A stretch of DNA of 64,000 bases from an uncultured Spirochaetota bacterium. GTDB lineage: Bacteria; Spirochaetota; UBA4802; UBA5550. Positions 1 to 10,479 of the stretch are shown in pieces. Every line of letters begins with the position of its first letter. The stretch's first letter is position 1. The stretch is from assembly GCA_963827275.1 (NCBI GenBank), contig CAWHAA010000005.1, positions 384,001 to 448,000 on the forward strand, read 5' to 3'. The translations under genes were made by a program, and so were the position numbers. The notes beneath the pieces were generated by a model. That model had not been told where the DNA came from, searched no databases, and saw nothing but the letters and a program-made list of their open reading frames with translations.

Positions 1-625
1 TCAAGGACTTCACGCGCATGCGCTTGGTGACCGGCTCGAAGTCATACACGCCGGCATTGGTCACGACCGCGACAGGCCCCTCGCCCAGGAGACCGGCCTT
101 CTTTCTGGAATCGCCGCCGTCGAGGAAGCCCACGGACGTTATGAAGTCCACCTTCTTGACAAACTTGTCCGGGGACTGGATCCCCACCAGCACCATTTTT
201 TCCGACAGGGAGGAGAGGTCGTTGTTGCCGCCCGACCCGGTCAGACGGACCTTCGGCTTGAGGAGATCGGTGCCGATCATGTGCGTGTTGATGTTCCCGT
301 ACATGTCGATCTGCGCGAAGCCGAGGAACCCGATATCGACATACCCGTTGTAGGCCTGTCCGAAGGAATAGGACATCTCGAGTATCATGGGCGACTTGCG
401 CCACGTGAACGGGCCGCCCACCGACCAGGGCATGCCGCCCTCGAGCGGGTCCTGCGCCCCGGATTCATAGACGAGGGTTATGTTCGGCGCGTGCGTCTTG
501 CGCGCCAGGATCGCGGCCACCATCGGGAGGCCGGTCCCCACATACACCACCTGGTGGTCCTCGATCTGCAGGGAGAGATTATATGCTACCATTTCAAGGG
601 GATTGGCTGGTTTAATATCTGTCAT
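1..625 (-). CDS. Class I CoA-transferase beta subunit (GctB-like), runs off the window start
   Basis: Manual translation from ATG 625 (GGAGG RBS upstream): MTDIKPANPLEM...VYVGTGLPMVAAILARKTHAPNITLVYESG, with the catalytic Glu motif. Confidence 0.85.
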   Translation of the reverse strand, partial: MTDIKPANPLEMVAYNLSLQIEDHQVVYVGTGLPMVAAILARKTHAPNITLVYESGAQDPLEGGMPWSVGGPFTWRKSPMILEMSYSFGQAYNGYVDIGFLGFAQIDMYGNINTHMIGTDLLKPKVRLTGSGGNNDLSSLSEKMVLVGIQSPDKFVKKVDFITSVGFLDGGDSRKKAGLLGEGPVAVVTNAGVYDFEPVTKRMRVKSL

Positions 626-664
626 GTCCTGGTTCCTCCTTTAGTATATGGCCGTCGTCCCGGC

Positions 665-1765
665 TCAGTAGTAGATTCCCGTTTCGGTTTCAAGGGTCTT
701 GAATTCCTTGTAGGAAAAATCGACGCCCAGGTCTTCATTGTCATACTCTTCCGCCTTGGTCGTCTTCCGGGAATTGGTGATCCACCTGACCCCTCCCAGC
801 TTATCCACGAAATCAAACTGGTCCTTCGAGGAGAAGACCCAGTACTCGAAGTACTCGTTGATGTTCGCATCGGAAAGGCAGGCCCACCGCATCAGCTTTT
901 CCCACCACTGGCGCGACCAGTAGTAGTGGCCCGGCATGCTGCCGGGCGTGGCGCCGAAGGGCAGCTCGACCACCGCGTCAACGTAGGTGAAGGGTATCAC
1001 CACGCCCTTGTTGTTGCTCCGTATATCGCCCGGGGGGACGATCTCCTCGGCGGTGATGATGAGCCGCCGCGCCGCGGCCGCCAGTGCTATGTCGTTAATC
1101 GGCGGGCCGTACATGCGCGCGTTGCCGAACCGGTCCGCCGCCTGCACATGGATAATGGCGATGTCGGGGTAGAGCGCCGGCACAAAGACCACCGGGTCAC
1201 TGTCGGCGCGCATCGGGTTCTGCATCACCTTCACGTAGGGATTATACTTTAAGATGTCGGAGCCGAGGAGCTGCTTGCTGAAGACGCCCGCGACGCCGAG
1301 CTGCGCGGCCTTGAAGCCCTGGGCCATGGTGCCGTGGCTCCACTCGGACAGGATGGCGGTCCTCCCTTCTATGAGCGACCGCGAATAGGCCCGGTCATAA
1401 CCGCGCATCTCCGCGCCCGAATAGGAGTTGTGCGAAAACCTGGCGGCCCCGAAATGGATCATGTAGCTCTGGTTGGAGTTCGGCGAGCCGATCATCTGGA
1501 TGTTCTTTTTCCCCTGCCTCAAGATCTCAAAGTAGGCCTGCATGGGGGTCCGCACGTAGCTGAACCCGGTATCGCTGAGCACGTCACCGTCCCTGACAAA
1601 TTCGCCGATCGCCTCTTTGAGTGAAAGCCGCTTGTCACGGCGCGAACGCTCCTTCTTTATATGGTCCCGGCGGGCGGATTCAAAGTCAACAAGGGGATCC
1701 AGAATGCCGGTGTCATCGATCTTCAAGTTTTTCAACGCTTCTTTGTTGTAATCAAACGCGCTCAT
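665..1765 (-). CDS. Class I CoA-transferase alpha subunit (GctA-like)
   Basis: SLKEAIGEFVRDGD, PDIAIIHVQAADRFGN, VDAVVELPFGA motifs; GGGAGG RBS before ATG 1765; adjacent to the beta subunit. Confidence 0.85.
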   Translation of the reverse strand: MSAFDYNKEALKNLKIDDTGILDPLVDFESARRDHIKKERSRRDKRLSLKEAIGEFVRDGDVLSDTGFSYVRTPMQAYFEILRQGKKNIQMIGSPNSNQSYMIHFGAARFSHNSYSGAEMRGYDRAYSRSLIEGRTAILSEWSHGTMAQGFKAAQLGVAGVFSKQLLGSDILKYNPYVKVMQNPMRADSDPVVFVPALYPDIAIIHVQAADRFGNARMYGPPINDIALAAAARRLIITAEEIVPPGDIRSNNKGVVIPFTYVDAVVELPFGATPGSMPGHYYWSRQWWEKLMRWACLSDANINEYFEYWVFSSKDQFDFVDKLGGVRWITNSRKTTKAEEYDNEDLGVDFSYKEFKTLETETGIYY

Positions 1766-2193
1766 GACCGCCTCCCTGCATAGAGTAGGATTCAAGTATT
1801 AATATATGCCACTCCCGGGAAGAAAACAATCCTCGTGATGGGTGATTTTATGGTAAAATAACCACTGCTCCTGTGACCCGGTCATAGCTATTTCCGTGAC
1901 AGGCGGGCCGTCCTGAATCCGGCCGCGGAACATGGAAACCATCGCCCCGCTATCGGCCTACAACTAACAGGCGTTATTTTTATTGCCTGTTGCTATTTGT
2001 AATATTTTGTAATTTTTTTCAAGGCCGTAATTTTTAAAAAAATCTCGGAACACGATGAATTATGTCAAAAACGTCTTGCATTAATTAGCTAAGAAAAAAA
2101 ATTATAATCATTACAGGTTTACCGGATACTCATGGCCGGCAAACCCAAACAGCACATTGAATCTTAACTTACTCATTTCCAAGGAGGAACAAT

Positions 2194-5167
2194 ATGCCTT
2201 TATCCCGAAGGGACTTTCTGAAACTTTCGGGAATGACCGCGGCCGGTGCTTTTGTCGGCGGCGCGTCGTTTCTGACCGGCTGTAAATCGGCCGACAAGCT
2301 TCGCGGCACGAAAGAATCCACCACCATCTGCCCGTATTGCGGTGTCGGCTGCGGATTGATCGTCTCATCTCGAGACGGAAAAGTCATAAATACCGAAGGC
2401 GATCCCGATCATCCCATCAACCACGGGGCCCTCTGCGCAAAGGGAAGCTCGCTCTTCCAGGTCGCGGTGAACGACCGGCGGCTGACCAAGGTGCAGTACC
2501 GCAAACCGTACGGCACCGAGTGGGAAGAGCTGTCATGGGACGAAGCCTACAAACGCATAGCGCGCCGCGTTAAAGACGCCCGCGACGCCACCTTCCAGGA
2601 GAAGGACGGCGCCGTTACCGTCAACCGGACCCCCGGCATCGCAAGCCTGGGCGGCGCGGCCCTTGACAACGAAGAGTGCTACGTGCTCACGAAATTCATG
2701 AGGACGCTCGGCGTCACCTACCTTGAACACCAGGCACGAATTTGACACTCCGCCACGGTCGCCGGTCTGGCGGCCTCTTTTGGACGGGGTGCAATGACGA
2801 ACCACTGGATTGACATCAAGAACTCTGACGTAATATTCATGATAGGCAGCAATGCCGCGGAAAACCACCCGGCGTCGTTCAGGTGGATACTGAAGGCGAT
2901 GGAAGAGCGGAATGCCAAGCTGATCGTGGTAGACCCGCGGTATTCCAAGTCCGCATCGATGGCGAGCCTGTACGTGCCGATACGGCCCGGTACCGACCTC
3001 GCGTTCCTGGGCGGGATGATCAACTACGCCCTCGAGAAAAACCTCATTCAAAAAGAATATGTCGTGGAATACACCAACGCATCGTACCTGGTGAACCCGG
3101 ACTACAGATTCAACGACGGGCTCTTCTCCGGGTATGACGCCGGCAAGCGCAACTACGGCGACCGTAAATCCTGGACCTACCAGGTGGACGCGAAGAAGGT
3201 CCCCAAGCGGGACAAGACCCTCAAGAATCCGCAGTGCGTGTACCAGCTCATGAAGAATCATTACAGCAGGTACACCCCCGAGATGGTCGAAAAGGTAACC
3301 GGCTGCCCGAAGGACACCTTCCTTAAGGCCGCCGAGATATTCTGCTCGACGCACAAGCCGGACAGGGTCGCGAACTTCATGTACGCGATGGGCATCACCC
3401 AGCATACGGTCGGCACGCAGAACGTGCGCGCGCTCGCCATGCTCCAGCTCCTCATGGGCAACATGGGTCTGGCCGGCGGCGGCATCAACGCGCTGCGGGG
3501 CGAATCGAACGTGCAGGGATCGACCGACCATGCCCTGCTCTTCCACATCATCCCCGGCTACATGCCTGCGCCGAACGTGAAGGACCATCCGACACTGGAA
3601 GCGTACAACAACACGACGCCCAAGACCGAAGACCCGATGAGCATGAACTGGTGGTCAAACCGGCCCAAGTACCTGGTCAGCATGCTGAAGGCCTGGTACG
3701 GCGACGCGGCGACAAAGAAAAACGACTTCTGCTACGACTGGCTCCCGAAGTACACCAGCCCCTCCCCCTACATCCTCCTCTTCGAGGACATGCTCAAGGG
3801 GACGATGAAGGGTGCGTTCTTCATGGGGACCAACCCGATCGTCGGCGGCCCGAATGCCAACCGCAACGCCCAGGCCATGGAAAAGCTGGACTGGCTGGTA
3901 GCGGTTGACCTCTGGGAAACGGATTCTGCCATATTCTGGAAGCGTCCGGGCGCGAACCCGGCCCAGATCAAGACCGAGGTCTTCCTCCTCCCGGCGGCGT
4001 CTTCCGTCGAGAAAGAGGGCAGCGTCTCCAACTCGGGCCGGTGGGCGCAATGGCGCTACAAGGCCGTCAATCCTCCGGGGGTCGCCAAGTCCGACCTTGA
4101 CATCCTGGACACGCTCTTCCTCATGCTGAGGGACCTCTATAAAAAAGAGGGCGGCAAGTTCCCCGACCCCATACTGAAGTCAAACTGGGACTACCGGGAG
4201 CATGGCGAGCATGAAGCGTCGCCGCACCTCGTGGCGAAAGAGATCAACGGGTACACCTGGCCTGAAAAGAAGCAGATGAAGAACTTCCTTGACCTTAAGG
4301 ACGACGGTTCCACAGCATGCGGAAACTGGCTCTACAGCGGCACCTACCCGGGTAGAAAACCTGATGGCCCGCCGCGGATCGAAAGACGCACCCAACAAGA
4401 TCGGCGCGTTCCCGGAATGGTCATGGTGCTGGCCGCTCAACCGGCGGATCATATACAACAGGGCGGCGGTCAACCGCAAGGGCGAACCGTGGGACGCCAA
4501 CCGCTGGGTAGTGAAATGGACCGGCAGCAAGTGGAAAGGCGACGTCGTTGACGGCGGCCCGAAGGCCGGCCCCGAGGCGAAGAACCCCTTCATCATGAAC
4601 AACGAGGGCGTGGGACGGCTTTTCTCGCCCGGCAAGGCCCTGACAGACGGGCCGTTCACCGAGCACTACGAGCCGATGGAAAGCCCCATCCCCAACCTTT
4701 TTAACAGCCAGAAGGTGAACCCGGCCGCGAAGATCATCGGCGATGTCATCGGGCAGTTCGGAAATTCCGGGCAGTACCCCTACATTGCCACTTCGTACCG
4801 GGTGGTTGAACACTGGCAGGCCGGCGCCATGACGCGTAACCTGCCCTGGCTCAACGAGCTTGTTCCCGACATGTTCTGCGAAATCAGCCCGTCCCTGGCG
4901 CAGGCCAAGGGCATCAAGAACGGCGACCGTGTCAGCATCTTTAATGCCCGTGGAAACGTAAAAGCATACGCACTGGTGACCGAACGGATGCAGCCCCTCA
5001 CCGTCAACGGGCGGACCGTGGAGATGATCGGCATGATCTGGCACTTCGGGCCCGGCGGCGCCGCCACCGGCGACGCGGCAAACCAGATCACCCCGTCCAT
5101 CGGGGACGCCAATACCATGATACCGGAATTCAAGGCGTTCCTCGCCGACATCAGGAAGGAGGCATAA
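2194..5167 (+). CDS. fdnG: Formate dehydrogenase alpha subunit, Tat-exported, selenocysteine (TGA 2743-2745); apparent frameshift near 4350
   Basis: SRRDFLK Tat motif, CPYCGVGC, HQARI-UGA-HSATV, ALRGESNVQG, C-terminal PEFKAF; spans ORFs 2194-2745, 2794-4551 and 4289-5167. Confidence 0.95.
2757..2775 (+). promoter_or_regulatory. Bacterial SECIS hairpin
   Basis: GGTCGCC-GGTCT-GGCGGCC stem-loop starting 11 nt after the in-frame UGA, with G in the apical loop. Confidence 0.8.
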
Positions 5168-5170
5168 ACC

Positions 5171-5980
5171 ATGTCAGGAAAAGCGTTTTTAGTGGATACC
5201 ACCAAGTGCTCGGGGTGCCGGGCATGCCAGGTTTCATGCAAGCAGTGGAACAACCTGCCCGGCGAGAAGACGACCTTCTTCGCCGGTCCGGAATACACCA
5301 ATCCGGCCGAGCTTTCGGCGATCACGTTCAATCATGTGAAGTTTTTCCCGATTGACCGCAAACAGCCGGGCAAGCCGTTGTGGATGATCATGCACAAGAA
5401 GTGCTACCACTGCGAAGAGGCAAACTGCCTCAGGGTCTGTCCGCAGCACGCCATATCCAAGGTGGAAGGCTGGGTCGTCATCGACCAGTCGCTCTGCATC
5501 GGTTGCGGCGCCTGCGTCAACGAGTGCGTGTACAAGGTGCCCCATGTCCTCGAAGAAGACATGAAAAAATACGGCGCCGAGGGAGTCATCAAAAAGGACA
5601 AGTCGTACAAGTGCCACGCATGCATGGAGAACAAGAGGGACGTTCCCCTCTGCGTCATGCATTGCCCCACCGGCGCCATGAGCTACGGCGAGCGCGCGGC
5701 GCTGGTAAAGAAGGGCCTGCAGCGGGTACGCCAGGTATCGGCCGAATTCCCCCACGCCAACCTGTACGGCCTCGAGGAATTCGGCGGCCTCAGGGTCCTG
5801 ACGGTGCTCAAGGACAGCCCCGAAAAATACGGGCTGCCCACAGGCGAGAAGGCCAAGGCGATCGACCTCGCCAGGGCCGAGGCCATCAAGGACACCTACG
5901 CGCTGCTGTCGATGTTCACCTTCGGGCTTCCCTCGCTGAAAAGGGTCGCCTACAGGATATCGAAGTCGATGGTCGGTTAA
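5171..5980 (+). CDS. fdhB: Formate dehydrogenase iron-sulfur beta subunit
   Basis: CSGCRACQVSC, CYHCEEANC..C, CIGCGACVNEC, CHAC..CVMHCP (four 4Fe-4S motifs). Confidence 0.9.
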   Translation: MSGKAFLVDTTKCSGCRACQVSCKQWNNLPGEKTTFFAGPEYTNPAELSAITFNHVKFFPIDRKQPGKPLWMIMHKKCYHCEEANCLRVCPQHAISKVEGWVVIDQSLCIGCGACVNECVYKVPHVLEEDMKKYGAEGVIKKDKSYKCHACMENKRDVPLCVMHCPTGAMSYGERAALVKKGLQRVRQVSAEFPHANLYGLEEFGGLRVLTVLKDSPEKYGLPTGEKAKAIDLARAEAIKDTYALLSMFTFGLPSLKRVAYRISKSMVG

Positions 5981-6000
5981 GCCTGAATTTAATTTGACAC

Positions 6001-6042
6001 AAAAGCCCCACGGCTGGGATTATCCACCGTGGGGCTTTTTTT
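6001..6042 (+). terminator. Intrinsic terminator after fdhAB
   Basis: AAAAGCCCCACGG...CCGTGGGGCTTTTTTT. Confidence 0.8.
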
Positions 6043-6072
6043 ACTGCAACGCGCCACAAGGGCACTATACCG

Positions 6073-7509
6073 ATGGACACCAGTGACATATCAGCCTATA
6101 TAATTGCCGGGGGCAAGAGCACGCGCTTCGGCGAAGACAAGGCGCTCTACCTATACCGCGGAAAGCCGCTCATCGAGCATGTAATCGAAAGGATCGCGCC
6201 GCTTTTCGGAAAAATAGCGATCGTTGCCGATGATTCGGACAGGTTCAGCTACCTCGGGTTTCCCTGCTACGGCGACATCATCCCCGGCCTCGGTCCGCTG
6301 GGCGGGCTCTATACCGCGCTGATGCGGACTGATACCGACGGGGTTTTCGTATTTGCGTGCGACATGCCCGAATGCAACCGGGGGCTTATCCGGTACATGA
6401 TATCAGAGTCAGCGGGCTATGACGCGACCATTCCGATCAAGCATGGATATCATGAGCGCCTCCACGCAATATACCGGCGCTCCTGCATCGGCGCCATTGA
6501 AAAGCGCATCGACAGCGGGCAGCGCCAGTTCAGCAGTTTTTTCGAAGATGTCACGGTCCGCGAGATCAGGGATGAGGAGATATGGAAGTTCGGCGATCCT
6601 GATATCGTTTTCAGAAACATAAATTACCGCCGGGATGCGGAAATACCTATTACGAGGAGATGGCACATGCACGTCCATTCAAAATACCTGGAGAGCCGCG
6701 CTGCAAAGGCGCTGGATAACGGAATGATCACCGCGGAGATGCTTGATTTCTACAAGGCCCTGTACGCCGTCAGCGACGCGCAGCATGAACGCTATATAAA
6801 TGCAGCCGCCATGCCGGCCCCCAGGCTCGAAGACCTTCCGCTGTCAGAAAACGGCGCGCACCTCTTCACGGACGGAGCCGCCGGCAGCCTGCTCCTGCCC
6901 GGCCTCGCGCCGCTTATAGAGGCCACGACCGCGCATCATCCGGGCCTGTCGCTCGAGTCTCTGCGGCTTGCCCTGTCCGGCGGGGCCGCTTCCGGCGAAG
7001 CAATCGCGGCAGTGCTGAAAAAGGATTCCGAGCGCATCGCAAAGCTCGCCGCCGACTGCAAAATTGGCGCCGATGAGACGATCTTCATCCTCAGCAACTG
7101 GATGAAGCCGTTCCTGGCGGCGTTGCGGGAACGCAGCGGCCTCCCCATCAATGAGACCGAAACAGAGATACTCTGCCCGTTCTGCGGCTACTACCCGGAC
7201 ATGGCGGCCATAGTGTCAGGAAAAGACGGGAAGCGGTTTCTCCACTGCTCCCTCTGCGGCCACCGGTGGCCCTTCAGGCGCATCATGTGCGCGGTATGCG
7301 GCACCGAAAACGCGGACAGCCTTGAAAACCTTACTCCCGAGGGGGATACCCGTAACCGCATCGACGTGTGCGGCTCCTGCAACGGCTACATCAAGACCCT
7401 CAGGTTCGACTCCATCGACGCCCTCGACGAGTGCGACCTCGAGGTGGAGAACATCCTCACGGCCGGCCTTGACAGCGCGGCGCTCAAGAAGGGCTTCAGG
7501 AGGCCGTAG
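6073..7509 (+). CDS. MobA (Mo cofactor guanylyltransferase) + FdhE in a single ORF
   Basis: N-terminal AGGKSTRFGEDKA, GPLGG, ACDMP; C-terminal CPFCG, CSLC, CAVC, CGSC of FdhE. Confidence 0.85.
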   Translation: MDTSDISAYIIAGGKSTRFGEDKALYLYRGKPLIEHVIERIAPLFGKIAIVADDSDRFSYLGFPCYGDIIPGLGPLGGLYTALMRTDTDGVFVFACDMPECNRGLIRYMISESAGYDATIPIKHGYHERLHAIYRRSCIGAIEKRIDSGQRQFSSFFEDVTVREIRDEEIWKFGDPDIVFRNINYRRDAEIPITRRWHMHVHSKYLESRAAKALDNGMITAEMLDFYKALYAVSDAQHERYINAAAMPAPRLEDLPLSENGAHLFTDGAAGSLLLPGLAPLIEATTAHHPGLSLESLRLALSGGAASGEAIAAVLKKDSERIAKLAADCKIGADETIFILSNWMKPFLAALRERSGLPINETETEILCPFCGYYPDMAAIVSGKDGKRFLHCSLCGHRWPFRRIMCAVCGTENADSLENLTPEGDTRNRIDVCGSCNGYIKTLRFDSIDALDECDLEVENILTAGLDSAALKKGFRRP

Positions 7510-8422
7510 CAGCCGCCTCGAGGCCGTGTATGATCTTCGTCATCGCGTCATTCCGCGGGCACGGCACGCCGAGTGACTCTCCCTCCCGCACGATCGCGCC
7601 GTTAATAAAGTCGATCTCCGTGGGGCGGCCGTTTTTGATGTCAGAATACATCGAGGAATAGTTGTCAGCGGTCAGCCTGCACACCTCCGCCACGCGCGAC
7701 ACGGGGTCGTCGCACATCAGGCGGTGTCCTTTTCTCCGCACGACCTCGCACCCTTCCTTGACGAGATCGGCCATGAGCAGGCGGGCATGCTCGATTTCAA
7801 GAATCCGCCCGTTGCGTACCGAGAGGATCGCGGTCAGGGGGTTGATCCCTGCGTTGACCAGCACCTTGCCCCAGATGAGTGACTGCGGATCGCCGGAGAG
7901 CTCCGCGTCCATCCCGGCGCTTCTCAGCATCGAAAGCAGCTCCTCGAGGAACCGGTCGCCGGGCCTTCCGTACTCAAGCGGGCCAAACGAGGTCTTTCCC
8001 GCTCCCGCATGCCGGACATGATTTACCGCGGCGAGGTTGGCGCCCTCGGACGTGATCCCGGCAATGACCGCGCATCGGGGGCAATTGCCGGCGATGAGCT
8101 CGGCGTTCCCCACCCCGTTCTGGAGTGTCAGGACCGGCCCGCGGTAGCCCGCCCGCGCCAGTCCGCGCGCCGCGCCTGCCGTGTGATACGCCTTCACGCA
8201 GAGGATCACAAGGTCAGTGTTCGCCGGGTCCTCAAGGCCCACGTTCACCGGCACGGTGTAGCGGAAGTCCGTCCCGGCGCCTTCCCAGCGCACCCCTTCC
8301 CGGTTCAGGAGCGCGGCCCTTTCGGGAAGCTCGTCCACAAGGGTGACCCGGGCCCCGGTTTTCTGGAGATATCCCGCGAGGAGCAGCCCGATGGCCCCGG
8401 GGCCAACAATAGCTATGTTCAT
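7496..8422 (-). CDS. panE: 2-dehydropantoate 2-reductase
   Basis: GPGAIG, VKAY, LQNG, WGKVLVN, SSMYSD, TEIDFING. Confidence 0.9.
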   Translation of the reverse strand: MNIAIVGPGAIGLLLAGYLQKTGARVTLVDELPERAALLNREGVRWEGAGTDFRYTVPVNVGLEDPANTDLVILCVKAYHTAGAARGLARAGYRGPVLTLQNGVGNAELIAGNCPRCAVIAGITSEGANLAAVNHVRHAGAGKTSFGPLEYGRPGDRFLEELLSMLRSAGMDAELSGDPQSLIWGKVLVNAGINPLTAILSVRNGRILEIEHARLLMADLVKEGCEVVRRKGHRLMCDDPVSRVAEVCRLTADNYSSMYSDIKNGRPTEIDFINGAIVREGESLGVPCPRNDAMTKIIHGLEAAATAS

Positions 8423-9012
8423 TTCTCCACCTCCGCTGTCTCCGCAAGGAGCGCGTTCCTTCCGAATTCGTAGGCCCGTTTCATCTCCTCCGGCCGGTCA
8501 AGTATCGATCCTTTCCCCTCTGCCCTGAAAAACGCCCCGCCGCCGTATGACTTGTCCAGCGCGTCAAAAAAATATTTCACCGTCAACTCGCTCCCGCGAA
8601 ATTGCTCCGGGCCGCTCGCGGCGCCCACCATGACCAGATAGCCCCTTCCGCCGTCATGCCGCTTGCGCCCGGAGGGCGTCTTCAGCAGCATCCGCTTCCG
8701 CCACAGGGCCTGGGCACGGTCGATGAAGGCCTTCACCTGCGCGCTCAGCCCCAGGAAAAAAACCGGTGACGCGAGGATTATGACAGGTGAATCGACAAGC
8801 ATCGGGTATGAATCCTGCATGTCGTCCATCACCGTGCATTCGCCTGTTTCATCGCACCCGCCGCACTCAGTGCAGCCCGAGAAATCCATCTCCCGCACAT
8901 AGATGCGCGTGATCTCGCCGCCCGCAGATGCCGCGCCGTCGAGGACGCGGTCCAGGAGGATATCGCTGTTGCCGCCGCTGCGCGGGCTGCCGTATATGCC
9001 GAGCACCTTCAT
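8419..9012 (-). CDS. Iron-sulfur flavoprotein / multimeric flavodoxin
   Basis: GSPRSGGNS, CTECGGC..C, DDM, SPVFF, KAFIDR. Confidence 0.85.
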   Translation of the reverse strand: MKVLGIYGSPRSGGNSDILLDRVLDGAASAGGEITRIYVREMDFSGCTECGGCDETGECTVMDDMQDSYPMLVDSPVIILASPVFFLGLSAQVKAFIDRAQALWRKRMLLKTPSGRKRHDGGRGYLVMVGAASGPEQFRGSELTVKYFFDALDKSYGGGAFFRAEGKGSILDRPEEMKRAYEFGRNALLAETAEVEK

Positions 9013-9022
9013 CACGTAATTA

Positions 9023-9385
9023 CCCCTGTCCCCCATGGGGGGCACGATTTAATCTATTGCTACTGATGATTAACTCACAAATTAATTATATGATGAATCA
9101 ACATTCATTTCAATCATTATCACCCCCCGTCGCCCGAAGTGGGCACGAGATAGTTTGATTTTTTCATTCAATACATTCAATAGCGCATCAGGTTGATCAT
9201 CTGTAAGATGCATTTCTTTTGAATTGAAGTGTTTATCATCAATAATATATTTGTTGGATTGAATGTTCATTTCAATCATTATTTACAAATTAAGCTTTTT
9301 TACATAACAATACCACAATCTCCTTCGTGCCCCCTTCGGGCGACAGGGGGTAAATAATTTTTCGTGCCCCCTTTAGTGGGGACAG
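9023..9385. repeat. Cluster of four REP-like units (CCCCTGTC..CCC..GGGGGCACGA) around AT-rich DNA
   Basis: Forward copies at 9023-9047 and 9123-9148; reverse copies at 9325-9350 and 9362-9385. Confidence 0.75.
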
Positions 9386-9400
9386 CCAGCAAATTTTCTC

Positions 9401-9429
9401 TTGACATATATTGATTATTTTAGTATTAT
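9401..9429 (+). promoter_or_regulatory. Sigma70 promoter of the Rrf2 gene
   Basis: TTGACA-17 nt-TATTAT. Confidence 0.7.
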
Positions 9430-9460
9430 AGTACCAATATACCATTTTACAGGTAACGCT

Positions 9461-9883
9461 ATGTCAACCGGAATACCAATATCAGACGCCGCGTCCATGG
9501 CAATGCACTCCATGGCGTATATCGCATCCCGACACGAGCCGTCAAGCGTTCACGACATCTCAGAGCGCCTCGGTGTCTCGGAATTTCATCTTTCAAAGGT
9601 GCTCCAGCGCCTGTCAAAGCGGGGCCTGGTGAGATCAAACCGCGGTCCGAAGGGCGGTTTTACGCTTTACTCTGACCCCGATTCCATTACTCTCATGGAC
9701 GTGTATGAGGCGATCGACGGGCCTCTGAACAGCCATGCCTGCCTCATGAGGAGCAAAACGTGCGTTTCAAATACCTGCATCCTGGGCGATACCATGCAGG
9801 CCATGCAGGCCATGTTCAGGAAACGTCTCACCGGCACCCGCATATCCGATATCACCGATAGTTATCGGTCGGAGGCGTCATAG
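9461..9883 (+). CDS. Rrf2-family transcriptional regulator
   Basis: HLSKVLQRL..GLVRSNRGPKGGFTL, ITLMDVYEAIDG, three C-terminal Cys. Confidence 0.9.
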   Translation: MSTGIPISDAASMAMHSMAYIASRHEPSSVHDISERLGVSEFHLSKVLQRLSKRGLVRSNRGPKGGFTLYSDPDSITLMDVYEAIDGPLNSHACLMRSKTCVSNTCILGDTMQAMQAMFRKRLTGTRISDITDSYRSEAS

Positions 9884-10464
9884 TGGACAGGATGATGTGC
9901 CCCGGGCAGGACACGCGCTACTGGCGGCCCGATGATATATTCAATGTCCCCTGCGCATCGTGCGGCGCAGCCATCGAGTTTTTCAAGGATGACGCCGCCC
10001 GGCGCTGTCCCCGGTGCGGCACGCGGGTGCGGAACCCCCGTCTCTCCACGGGATGCGCGCAGTGGTGCCGGCACGCAAAGGAATGCCTCGGCTACGACCC
10101 TGCCATTGCCGCAGAAGAGGGCCCGGTGGCCGTCCAATCCGTCGAAGGCGACATCATTGATGCGATGAAGAACGAGTGCGGCGAAGTGCTCGGGCGCGCG
10201 CGTGCCGCCTGCCGGAACGCGCGGACACTCATGGAAAGGAACCCGGCGGACCCCGGGAGGGTGATCCCTGCCGTTTTGCTCCTTTTCGCGGACAGCCCGG
10301 ACGGCCGCGCCGAACGTATCATGAGGGAGGCCCGCGTCGAACGCGGCGCTATCGAGGACGCATGCGCCATCATCCGGGCCTATCACTCCGGCGCCATCAT
10401 CGACTCACCGGAATTCAGGATTGTCGCCGGATCATATGACGGCCCGGACGTGGACAGGGCCTGA
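9883..10464 (+). CDS. Cys-rich zinc-ribbon protein with a degenerate HD-like C-terminal domain
   Basis: CPGQD, CASC, CPRC, CAQWC..C; coupled to the Rrf2 stop codon. Confidence 0.6.
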   Translation: MDRMMCPGQDTRYWRPDDIFNVPCASCGAAIEFFKDDAARRCPRCGTRVRNPRLSTGCAQWCRHAKECLGYDPAIAAEEGPVAVQSVEGDIIDAMKNECGEVLGRARAACRNARTLMERNPADPGRVIPAVLLLFADSPDGRAERIMREARVERGAIEDACAIIRAYHSGAIIDSPEFRIVAGSYDGPDVDRA

Positions 10465-10479
10465 TACCCAGGGGCCCGC

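Noticed and set aside
1800..2190. Moco/Wco or c-di-AMP riboswitch upstream of fdh
   Set aside because: Only isolated hairpins; conserved cores not recognisable
4340..4365. Programmed frameshift in fdnG
   Set aside because: No clear slippery heptamer, and similar single indels are scattered through the window
9082..9279. 65-aa ORF in the AT-rich insert
   Set aside because: Runs through repeat units, with no RBS or recognisable motif
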